Shown: positions 52,238 through 64,000 of the stretch, in pieces
Numbering within the stretch: position 1 is the stretch's first letter
Layout: each line of letters opens with the position of its first letter
NCBI GenBank assembly: GCA_021613535.1
Contig: CP075493.1
Span: forward strand, 9,300,001-9,364,000
DNA from: Adineta vaga
Lineage: Eukaryota > Animalia > Rotifera
Reading direction: 5' to 3'
Length of the DNA: 64,000 nt
The notes under the pieces: model-generated
Told to the model about the DNA's origin: nothing
What the model saw: the letters and a program-made list of their open reading frames with translations, nothing else
The model's database searches: none
Translations under genes and position numbers: made by a program

Positions 52238-55200
52238 ATGACTGATCCAGTAGACGGTTTACAATCTGGACAAATGTTTTCAACGGATGATACAACAGCA
52301 GCATCCAACATTCCGATATCGGATTTTCGACGAAATGAAATTCGTCCCATTCTAAGTGATGATGGTAAAAACTTCTATTTCGTATCGAAAAATAAATATT
52401 AATCTATTCTCGGTTTTCTCCTCGATTAGATCGACATAAATCGATTTATCATCAACCTAGTTTAACAAAATACAATTCAACAGAACGACGTAAAAAACGT
52501 CATCATCGTTCGCATTTGTCAGGAGAATCATTTGATGCAACATCGAAATCGGTTACGAGTATTGAAACTAATGAATCATGTGAAATTGGTAACAACAAAC
52601 CTTGTTTTTCTTTTTCTTGTTTCAAACAAGATAATATCAATTTAATCATGTATAGATAATCCAACTGCACGTATTCAATTTCTTCTTGGTGATGACGATC
52701 AAGATGATGATGATGAAGAACATAAACCACATGATTTATTTATTGAATTAAATGAATTATTTCTTGGAAATGAGAAATTAAATGAATCAAGCGAAGTTAT
52801 CGAACAAGGTTGGAAAGAAACAGCAAGGTATATCATTATCTTCTTGATAATTGCATCTCTAAACAAGTCTTTTTTAAAAATATTTCAGATGGATTAAATT
52901 CGAAGAAGAGGTCGAAAGTGGTGGTCGATGGAGTAAACCCCATGTAGCAACATTATCATTACATTCATTACTCGAATTACGAAATTGTATTTTTAGTGGA
53001 AGTGTGATACTTGATATGCAAGCTGATCAATTACCGTTAATAATGGGTTTGTTTCCTCAATCTGAAAATGATTTGTATGATTATTGCTATTGTTATAGAT
53101 ATGATTCTTGATGATATGATTGCTAATAAATCATTATTATCGGACAAACGTCTTGTGACGCGTAATGCTCTTCTACTGAAGCATATTCATCAGGTATATA
53201 CGCTTATTTTCCCTTTTAAATAAAGGAAATCCTTTTTTTTATATTCGATGAATTGAAGCATGAGAAAGAATTCTATCGTCATTTACATACACAAGAAAGC
53301 AAGAAACCATTACCATTTACACGCTCATTAGCTGAATTAACAAAAAATCGGTCACAAAAAGATGTCACAGCAGCAAGTACTGATCAAATGCCTGCATCAG
53401 CAGGAAATTCTAATCAAACACCGACTCATAAAAGTAAAACTTCGATGAGACAATCAAACAAAACTAATATTATCTTTTCTTCTAGCAACTAACAATACGT
53501 CTGCAGAAAAGTTTCTTACAGGTAAAAGTTTAGAGATCAACGAAATATGAACATTTTTTCTGTTCAGTTGCTAGTGGTGATCTTTCAAAAATTCGTTCCA
53601 ATGAAAATGAGGAAAGTGGAACAACTTTGATTACACCTGAATCTCGTGCCAAGGTTATAGGAATGATTTATTATACTATTTATCTACTAAGTTTTTTTAT
53701 TTGACATTAGATCAATACGGGTTTTATGAAAAAAATTCCACCAAATGCAGAAGCAACAAGTGTTTTAATTGGTGCTGTTGATTTTCTTCAAACACCTGTT
53801 TATGCATTTATTCGTTTGGGAAAGGGTGTTTGTATACCTGATCTTTTAGAAGTATCCGTACCAACACGATTCTTTTTTATTTTACTTGGACCATTTACTG
53901 AGCGTTTACGTTATCATGAAATTGGACGATCAATTGGCACATTGATGTCTGATGAAGTATAATTTTGAAAAGAAAAAGAGAACGTTTGCTATTAGATGTT
54001 TCTGTTTTTTTTTCCAAGATTTTTCATGATGTTGCATATCGAGCAAGAAATCGACAAGATTTATTAGCAGGTAGGTTTAATGAAATAGTAGATTTTAAAA
54101 ATAGTTTTATTTCCAATAGGTATCGATGATTTTCTCGATCATGTTACGGTTTTGCCACCAGGTGAATGGGATCCTAAAACACGTATTGAACCACCGAAAA
54201 GTGTGCCAAATAAAGTAAATCAAAGAACATTTTCATGAATAGATATGTGAATTAATTTTCATCTAATATTTTAGGAAGATCGATTAGAAAGAAATAAAAT
54301 GAATGCTAATACACAAATGGATGACATGGAACATGTTGAACATGAATTTGATGTATCATTATCACGAACAGGACGGTATGAGAGAATTTATATATATATA
54401 TATAAAATGAATGAAAAATATTCATTGAATTAGATTTTGCGGTGGTTTGATTGATGATATTAAACGAAAAGCACCATTCTATTTGTCAGATATCACTGAT
54501 GCTTTTTCATTTCAATCAGTTGCTGCAATTATATTTCTGTATTTTGCATGTTTATCACCAATTATTACATTTGGTGGTCTTCTGAGTAAAGCAACTAATA
54601 ATAATATGGTACGTACATGAATTGAAAAGATCATTATTTATATTTTTATATTTTCAAGGCTGCTATTGAAAGTCTTCTATCAGGCGCCATTTGTGGTTGT
54701 TTATATCATTTATTTGCTGGTCAACCTTTAACAATATTAGGTAGTACGGGACCGGTGCTCGTTTTTGAAACAATTGTTAATCATTTTTGCAGGTATAAAA
54801 ATTGATTTTCTCAATAAAACTCTATTCTTTCATATTCAATTTTAGTAATCATGGATATGATTATATGAATTTTCGGTGTTGGATTGGTTTGTGGACTGCA
54901 TCTATTCTGCTAATTATGGTCGTTACTGATGCAAGTTATTTGGTAAAATATATCACGAGATTTACCGGTAAATTTTACAATTAGTTTTTGTACTTTCGAC
55001 ATCGGATTTGTTTTCGTCTTTAGAGGAAAGTTTTGCTGCACTTATTGGTATTATTTTTATTTACGAAGCATTTGATAAAATGATTGAAATCAATCAACAT
55101 CGACCTGTTCGATTACATACTCGTAAAGTTCTACCACCGAATTGTTCATGCGCACTTACTAAATATACAAATAAAAGTACACCTATAACGATAAATGTAA

Positions 55201-57038
55201 GAGACAAGTAAATGATCATATGCTAATAAATTCTCGTTGTATTTAGGATTGCTATAGAAATCGTTCATATGAATTCACTGGTACAAGTTGTAATCTGATT
55301 CAAAACCAAGCTTATATTCCTGATGTATTCTTTTTTTCAATTATTCTTTTTCTTTCTACGTTCGTTTTGGCTTATACATTGAAGAACTTCAAATTCAGTC
55401 GATTTTTACCTATGACTGTTCGTATTACATTTCAGTTTTTGTCGATATTGAACTATTTGAATTGTTTTAGATTCGCTCAAAAGTGAGCGATTTTGGTGTT
55501 GTATTAGCTATTTTTATTAATGTTTTTATTGATTACAAGATCGGACTTGATACACCGAAATTAGTTGTGCCACAAAATTTTGCACCAACCAAACCCGGTC
55601 GTGGTTGGATTATTAATCCATTTTCAAAAAATCCTCCTTATATGTATGCTGCTGCACTGTTACCAGCACTATTAGCGACTATACTTATCTTTATGGATCA
55701 ACAAATAACTGCAGTTATTATTAATAGAAAAGAAAATAAACTTAAAGTATATTTTGTTTATTTCAGTTGAACAATTCGAATGGAATGCTTTTTTTTCTCT
55801 ATCTTTCTTTAGAAAGGATGTGGTTATCATCTTGATTTATTAATTGTGGCACTTTGTATTGCTGTTAATTCAATTCTTGGTCTGCCATGGTTTGTTGCTG
55901 CTACGGTATTATCAATCAATCATGTTATTGCACTAAAGCTTGAATCGGAAACAGCGGCACCTGGAGAAAAAGCGAAGTTTCTTGGTGTTCGAGAACAACG
56001 TGTTACTGGTTTTATTGTATTTCTTTTCATTGGATTATCTGTATTCTTAACAAAATTTCTCGGTCTTATACCTATGCCAGTTCTTTATGGAGTTTTTCTC
56101 TATATGGGTATATCATCAATGAAAGAAATTCAATTAATATCGAGAATTTTATTGATGTTCATGCCGGAAAAATATCAACCAGATTATGTTTATCTTCGAC
56201 ATGTTCGCACACGTCGCGTACATTTCTTTACAATTATTCAACTAACATGTTTAGGTTTATTATGGATTATAAAATCGATAAAGAGTATTTCAATCTTATT
56301 TCCAATTATGGTTTTGGCTTTAGTTGGAGCACGAAAAGCAATGGATTATATGTTTACAAAACGAGAATTGCAGTCATTAGATGATCTAATGCCTGAAACA
56401 GTTAAAAAAGAAATTGAAGAGAGAAGAAATAGTATTTTACCAGGAACACTTGATGAAACTAATCTGGTTAGTTTTGCATTTGATTCTTCCAGAATGAGTA
56501 ATATTATTTTCAAAAAAATCTTTCTTTTTAGCCGAAAGAAACAATCACATTTGATAGTGGCGAACTTCGTATTTCTGTTGGAGATGGTAAAGTAGTAAAA
56601 GTACCTACAGAAAATGTTCAAGTAAGATTTAAATTTGATATACTTATTATGACTTGAATTTTTGTCATTTCAGATTAATCCGTCGACAGGTGTAATTAAT
56701 TTTTCGGAAGAAGTTGGTAAAACATTTTTATGGAAATCAATTGCCAAATCTTCAAATCATGATAAACCTTCGCGTAGTTCAGGAATCAAAAACAAGTTTG
56801 TTCTTTTAATCTTAATTTTCTAAACGAAAACGAATTAATGATGGTTTTTCTATTCTTTAGAATTCGTAAATTGAGTCTAAGCTTTCTTAGTCCTGATGAA
56901 GATCGAGTTCTAGTCTCTTCGATTAATTCACAATTACCATCGATCGTTATTGAACAAATGGAACCATCAACTTCGAATAGTGCACAACAAAGTCGAAGAA
57001 CTAGTTTGAGTAAAACCAAAGATGACAGTAGATTGTGA
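52238..57038 (+). CDS. SLC4 Na+-coupled bicarbonate transporter (NDAE1/SLC4A7-10-like), many exons
   Basis: WKETARWIKFEE; [14 protein letters not shown]; VLPPGEWDP; [11 protein letters not shown]; IFMDQQIT; [12 protein letters not shown]; VREQRVTG. Confidence 0.95.
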
Positions 57039-58955
57039 TTGTGTGTTTGTGTTTTTCTATTTTTCTTGTATACCTTTAATAGTCATATCGAACAGTGATC
57101 ATAGATATTAAACAAATGTCTTTCTCGTTTCGAGACAAAAAAGATCTGGTCAATATGTTTTTGATTTAATTTTCTTCCATTTTTTATACAACTTAGCTTC
57201 TACATTAGAATCCTCATGGATATTTTCATTTTATTGTAGCAATTTATATATGCGTGTGTGTGTCTTTGTATCCTTCCTTTAACTTCTTGTTGTTGTTGAT
57301 GATGTTGTTGTTTGCTTTGTGTTAAGTAGAAGAGTATTTTTTCTTTGTACGAAACAAACAAATTGAGATGTGGAATTATGATGGACTAATTTAATTCAGA
57401 AATATATCATTAATTATTTCTAATTAGATTAATAAATACTGAGAGATTATTGAAAGATAAATAGAAAAAGTTGAATTGATAATTTTCAATACGGCAAATG
57501 TATTTATTGAAAGAAAATAAATGAACGAGTGAAAGACGAAAACACATTGTTTCATCAATCATTTATTAATTCTCAATCTTTGCTAGAGTTATTTTCTTGA
57601 GGTTATTATGACTTTGCTACGATTGACTAGGCTTCTCTCCGTTGGAATGATACTCGGCGAAAGTGTTTTGATGAAATCAGCACAACTCAGAGATCAAATG
57701 TGTAGATTTGAAAATCATTACTGATAGTTCAATATGCTTTTTGTATGTAATACTTTTCATCATTGTTGTGCAATTTAATTATAACGAATTTCGTATTGAT
57801 TTCAGATAGATATATCGAACTGCATAGAAATAACAACTTTCTCTTTCTTCTTACAAATAGTCCTTTATCTCTGATATACACCAACCAATATGAAAAATAA
57901 AGATGGCGTATGAAATTTGCACCATGAACTGTTATAAAGTTACAATATATGTTAAGAGAAGATGTCACTCGGTGAGTGACAAGACGAAAGGTCTATAAAA
58001 AAAAAGAATCATCAAGAATTCGCATATTGAAATTCAATAGGTACGAATAGATTCATATCTTATGTTGATCTATGATGTAGGTACTTTAGTTAGCAAAACG
58101 ATTGTTTTCAATGCTGAAACAAATCGAAAATGTTAATGGACTTCAAAATTGAGTAGGTGTAAGAAAAATAAAGTTAATAATAGAAAATCTTTTTGTTACT
58201 AAATCAACATAATGATTCACATGTATCTTTATGTTTTTTCTATCTTACCATAGCTTCATTTTTTTTGCGATGTGATTAAAATTGATTGCTTATTTTTAGA
58301 AAATAATGTTAGTTGCGGGTGTATGCGTGCGAATGAATGGGATAGAGAGAGAGAGGAAATAGAATTATTTTGTTTGTTCAAATGTACACCTACATCTTTC
58401 ATTCACCGATATTTTCTATGAATAAAACTCTAAACGAAAATAGTAGAAACATTGTTTCTTATATATAATAAAAAGAATCCGAGTAAAAGAAAAAATCACA
58501 TTTTTTTCTCTTTTCAAGTGTATGTCTAACATGTTATCGTATTTTGATTTTTGACAAGAAGTAAAATATTTGATTATTCTTTCTGTTTTTTGATAAAATT
58601 CATTTATACGTCGTGGACATTTTCTTTTCCTCGATAAAATGTCTACACATCAAACATGATTTGTTCAGACTTTCTACATTAAAATTATCTCGACTGCAAA
58701 TGTTTTTCAGTAATATGAAACTTTAATTGTCGTTTCTTCTATTCTTATCAGGTAGTTTCTACTTCATCTCAGTTTTTTCTCTCGTATCTGCCTTCTCGTT
58801 CTTCTTTTTTTTTCACTAACGTCATCATTGTTGTCAAGCAATGAGTGAGGGATAGAGAAACTAACATCCGTCATGATAAAAATGATGTCGTTACTCTTCT
58901 TGTCTTATTCTTTTCATCTAATAACTAACATTATATTGATTAAAATAAACAAATA

Positions 58956-59456
58956 ATGACAACAAGTTTAGATATGAATACTCCTGAACCAACAAGACAC
59001 GAAACGAATCAAAACGTTAATCAACAAAATTATCTTGATAACTTACAACAGCAAATGAATCATAATCAAAAACATCGTAAGCGAGAAAGAGATTATGGAC
59101 GAATCTTTCGTGAATATAATACACCTGCTCAATGGTATCAAGCATCTCAATTGCCATGTTCTATTTATTTTTATGATCCACAATATCAAAGATATCTTCA
59201 ACAACAATCAAATTTAGTAATAAATAATCAAGTTCGTATATTAAAAATAAATTCCCTTTGTACAATACATTGTTTATTATTCTAGCGTGCTTATTCACCA
59301 GTTCGTGTTGGTAGTCGATCTCCGTCACGTGCAAAACCTAGAACAGCTCGTTCACCGTCGAACTATCAACAAAAACGATCGGAGTCGTCTCGACTACGAT
59401 TTCAATCAACAGTATTACCACCGATAACAACTCATAAACAAGTAAAAGATGCATAA
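58956..59456 (+). CDS. Uncharacterised small Q/N/R/S-rich protein; intron 59232-59285
   Basis: Two exons join in frame over a 54-bp GT-AG intron; ends STVLPPITTHKQVKDA*. Confidence 0.6.
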
Positions 59457-59560
59457 ATTTTTTTGTATAGTATATTCAAGAATGAGCAATAATCAATAAT
59501 ACAACTTCTCTATAATTTGTTTTCTTACTTTTCTTTTCAATAAAAAAACGTAATAAATCA

Positions 59561-60663
59561 TTAAATATTGATTTTTGATAATGCATCCAGTCGATCGTAG
59601 AGAAAATCGAATTTATACATGTCAGTTTCATTACTCGAACGAAAAGCAACTGTATCCGAGGTACAACAATTATCCTACAAAAAAAATGAATATTGATCAC
59701 ATTGTTACATTATAACTAGAGGACAAAAAGAAACAAAAAAAGCTTACGACACTCGGTATTCCCAGGCGGTCACCCATCCAAGTACTAACCGAGCCCGACG
59801 TTGCTTAACTTCAGTGATCGGACGAGAACTGGTGTATTCAACGTGGTATGGCCGTAAGCATTAGTAACTTTAGTTTACTTTACCTTAAATTGTTTATCCA
59901 TCTTATAGAATGATAAATTTTGTGAAAGAATTAAATTTTCATTGATTGGATTGATTTGAATATTGAGTCTTTTCATACACGTAACAAATTCATGGTCATA
60001 GATCATCTCTGTTACACATTTGTCTTTTTCTATATCCGATTCTTCTATTGATGACAATCGCTGTAATGCATAACGATTAAATAACATGACTGAACCAGTT
60101 GTTTTAATCTGACGCTTTTTATATAGTTCATCAACATCACCAACATGTACTATTGGTTTATTCTTCTTCTGTTGTAAATGTAATTGATTAATAAGTCGTC
60201 GAAGATTTGGCATAATAACAAATGAATCATCACTTGCTCGTACAAACCAATGATAGGATGAATAGGGATGATGTTCATACAGATATATAAGAACTTCGAG
60301 TGTTTGTTGAGTAATAGTCATTGGTGTGATATTAGAAGTATTTTCAAAATGTTCTATCATCATTAAATCTACACTCGTATTTTGTAGTCGAGTTACAAAA
60401 TAAAATCGATCACATCGTTTTCCCCAACTATAAACAATAGCTCGTGACGAGGTTAAATGACGATCATTTGAACTAAGTACAAAACAAAAAATCGATGGTG
60501 AATTTTGTTCATCAATATCATTCGTATTATCAACTACTCCATGAAAGAATAGTGTTGTTAAAATTAACCAAAAACTTGCGAGAAAAATTGAAATAATAAA
60601 TAGACAAACTAAACGATGAATTAATCTTGAATAACGACGACATGATCGATAATAAGACCACAT
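59561..60663 (-). CDS. C1GALT1/Cosmc-like GT31 type II membrane protein; exons 60663-59884 and 59674-59561
   Basis: TM anchor; IFCFVLS...SWGKRCD; YHWFVRASDDSFVIMPNLRRL; exon 2 DNCCTSDTVAF...MYKFDFLY resembles the T-synthase C-terminus. Confidence 0.85.
59735..59741 (-). terminator. RNA polymerase III oligo-T terminator of the 5S gene
   Basis: T7 run beginning at the 5S 3' end on the minus strand. Confidence 0.85.
59741..59859 (-). rRNA. 5S rRNA: 5S rRNA gene, full length (119 nt), intronic
   Basis: GCTTACGGCCATACCACGTTGAATACACCAGTTCTCGTCCGATCACTGAAGTTAAGCAACGTCGGGCTCGGTTAGTACTTGGATGGGTGACCGCCTGGGAATACCGAGTGTCGTAAGCT; intact A box and C box, paired terminal helix. Confidence 0.98.
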
Positions 60664-63600
60664 TTATTTGATACAACAATCTAAGTGAATAACATATTTG
60701 TCATGCATGATTGCTTTTTTCTCCTTTTTCGAAAGTCAACGAAAAAATAGTTTCTCACATAATTTAATTCTTTTTAATATATTTTATACATATACTTTGA
60801 TTTTTTTTTCTCTTTTCAATTGATCTTCTTCATTCTAGAATCACATCGATGTGAAAAAACATACTTTTAAACTTTTTTTTTGTCTCATCACATATTTATG
60901 TGTATATGTTTGAACATCAACAATAGGCAAAAGTCTCTGCATATCATAATGATAATGTAAGATGAACCGATGCATGATTTTGCATATGCTATATAAATAT
61001 ACTTATTGTCCCATCATCATCATCGTCATCATAATACTTCTTCTTCTATCTTCAATTTCAGTGTGAATAAATAGCTTTCTTATCAGTGAAATATATCTCA
61101 CCTATACACTTCAATATTTATATTAGATTTATGTATAGGGTGAGAATTGAATTTGTCTAAATACTATTAAAAATCGCTTAAGTATCATTCGATTAATTTT
61201 CAATGAACTAGATATTTCGATTGAAACACAGATCAGTATGATCAATATTTTACGAATATATGAAATCAGGTAGCATATGATTTGTGTAGATCTATCTCTT
61301 TTTTTGAGTACATGGTTCGTACAATCATATGAATATGAAAAAATATATATATATGAAAAAAAAACAACGCAACAATAAGGGTTACAAATGCGCGTGAGCG
61401 TCATCACATGAATAGGGTAATAGTAATTTAGTAGTATAGACGATGTGAAGCACGAGAAAGAAAAGAAAAAAAAAAGAAGACGACAGAATGAAAGAACGAA
61501 CGAGAGAAAGCGAGGGACAGAGGAAAACAGCAGCAGCAGCTGATCGAGAGTGAATGTATACGGCGCTTTTTTCGGTATGTGAGTGCCGAAGATTTTTGCG
61601 AAGCGGAGGATGTTGTTTTTTTGCGTTTCAGATGCTCAAACAACCCTTTTCTCTCTCTCTCTCTCTGTTCGCCAAAGCAGAAGTAGAACACAACAAGTCG
61701 ACAAAACTTGCCTATCATCAGCAATAAGAAACCTACTAGCAACAACAAAAACAACAACAACAGTAATAATAATAGCAAGAATATCGACGACAACTAAGAA
61801 TAAGCAAAAATATATCGACATATATATATATCTAACATAACGTTTCCAATTCTCTCTCTCGCAGACATAATTGCATTCTATTCCAACTCCAAGTAAGATT
61901 TTACACGTGTGTGTGCAAATAGATTTTTTATTTACAAGGTCATTCATAGAGTTTTTTTCTAATCGATATAAATATGTTGCACTAGAAAAGAAAATTAGGG
62001 GTTGTACATAACATACTATTTGATGACTTAATCATTACATTTGAACAGCTGCCTTTTTTTATTAGTACAAGAGAAAAAGAAACGACTTTTATTCGACCTT
62101 GATTCATTGAAATTATCCTTAGATAACAAGATACTCCTGTGTATTCTTATTTAACTTTATTATTGTATGAGAATAGAAACAGAATCATTCAATGTTAGTA
62201 GTTGTAATCGTTGATGATAGTCTATATTAATATCTTTATTTACTTCTATTCTGACTTATGTCATGTAGATGAAAAAAACGTTATTTAGAAAGGTAAAAAA
62301 GAAAGGACGAAGTAAAATAGAGAAAGAAACAAGAAAAAGAAGAGAAGGGGAAAGAGAGCCAGATAAATACGCATACAGCACAGGGACAGTGTCAATCCCA
62401 TTCTATCGTTTACTTGCTTATGCGTCGTTACTATGAGATGTCGTTTCTGTGATTTTAATTGCTTTCATATGTGTTCATGTCTACTTCGAAATATTTCTTA
62501 GACAAAAAAACCAGATCATCCGAAATCATTTTTCTTTATGTACCCATCGTAGTCATTGTTGATGAAAGTCATTTGAGCAGAAGAACGCAATTCGAATCAA
62601 CGTCGAGATGGTCTATGAAAAGCAGCGGAAATAGAAAAGAAAGAATCATTTCTTTCAAAACTCCATCAGTACACTACAGGGAAACATTAGTTTCTTGTTA
62701 AGACATTATATAGAAAAGAGAATGATAGGACTTGTCATGCAACAACGTGAAGGTTAGAAGTTTTCAACAAGCTGTCTATCGATTGATTGTGTTCAATATC
62801 AATATAATTACGTTTTCTTTTCTTTTATAGAATATTCTAAATTATTACACTTAATTGAATTCATTGTTTAACTATCGGGGTGGCAAGCTGTTGGTCATTT
62901 CTATCTATTGTAAGTAATTTCACATGTACATGTGTGATGATATTCATTTATTTATTCATTTTTGACAAGAGTGTTGATGATGTTCTATTGAAAAGGAGAG
63001 ATAAACATCTCTGTCGCGCCAGTGATACGTTTGTGTATTTAGCCCCCTGCATGACCAGTCAATTGAGTTCTTCACTTGTCGTCGTCTTCTTCTTCTCTTC
63101 TCGTTTTCTTTTTTATTGTCTTATCAAAACGTTGAGTAAATGTCGTGTATATATAGACAATCTTCACATCACAGCATTGTCCTTCAATTTACAGACGAGA
63201 AGAATGATTATTAAGTATGGAAATGTCGACCTTTACGAGAGAGAGAGAGTTTTTCTTTTTAATTGTATAGAAAAATTGACGAAAGTGAACGTTATGCAAG
63301 TTCTTGTTCATCATTATCGGATTAGAGACCGTAAGGGGACACAACAAATATATATATATAATATATTTATAATAATTTTTGCGTGCCTCATACTGTTAAA
63401 CCTACATTTATATTTGTTCGCGATTATATAACAAATACAAATCTCGATGAGGAATGGTGTTTGATAGAAAGACAAATTGGATACGCTCAATCAATTTTCA
63501 TTTCTTGTCATTTGCGTTTATTTATATGAGTGAAAGAATAAGAGAGAGAGTGTGTGTGAGAGTTCAATGATCGATTAGATCGTTGTAGTTGTGACATGTG

Positions 63601-64000
63601 TATATGGTCATTAAGTTCGAGTTGTTTTTTATTATTAGGTTGGAGAAAGATGAGAATATGTAGACAAAAAGATAAGCGTTTATGTCTAGTCTTTAACGAT
63701 CAATGATATATTATTCATCAATAAATTCGAATATGTACTTGAAGGAAAAAAGAATACGTTTTTTTATGATATTAGAGACAATTAATAGAGCAGATAAGAT
63801 ATGTCGAATAACCTTGGACGGATGTAATATTTGTTCATGGTTGTCGTTACCGTTAATCAGTCACGAGTAAATGCTTATTCCTATAGAGTTATCTGTTTTC
63901 TTTCTCGATCGAGTTTGTCATTGGTCTGTGAAGGGAAATGAGAAAAAAAAAGAAAGTCAAGAGCAGCATCCAATATAGAGAAAAAGAACTTCATATAGAA

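Noticed and set aside
60700-64000. ORFs at 61.1-63.4 kb, including the 183-aa ORF
   Set aside because: Low-complexity, microsatellite-rich sequence with no domain signal; more likely promoter, 5' UTR and intron of a gene beyond the window
1-64000. Transposable elements
   Set aside because: No transposase or reverse transcriptase ORF and no convincing terminal repeats seen; short non-autonomous elements cannot be excluded by eye

Overview
AT-rich, gene-dense eukaryotic (metazoan) genomic DNA with very short (~50-60 bp) GT-AG introns. The intron size, composition and a bacterial-type intronless gene suggest a bdelloid rotifer (inference, not proven). About 24 protein-coding genes can be reconstructed across introns: SNX1/2, UVSSA, a kelch propeller, VMAT, an unknown membrane protein, TRPC, a Shaker-type Kv channel, ATAD2, SRSF11/SREK1, FAM185A, a 51-aa TOM5-like gene missed by the ORF track, nitrobindin, TRAF, an IPNS-family 2OG-Fe(II) oxygenase, ALAD, a nucleolin-like protein, a TMEM272-like protein, PSMD7, neutral sphingomyelinase, an ABCB9/TAP-like transporter, PNKP, an SLC4 bicarbonate transporter, an orphan and a C1GALT1-like gene. 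Most notable: (1) a complete solitary 5S rRNA gene nested in sense orientation in the only intron of a degenerate C1GALT1-like gene; (2) tightly packed co-oriented housekeeping genes with unpaired 3' splice acceptors at or near their ATGs, suggesting trans-spliced operons; (3) a probable horizontally acquired oxygenase; (4) a Shaker subunit lacking the PVP gate; (5) three single-base A/T-run frameshifts clustered at 34.9-38.9 kb. Gene boundaries were spliced by eye, and all family calls come from remembered motifs, not database searches.
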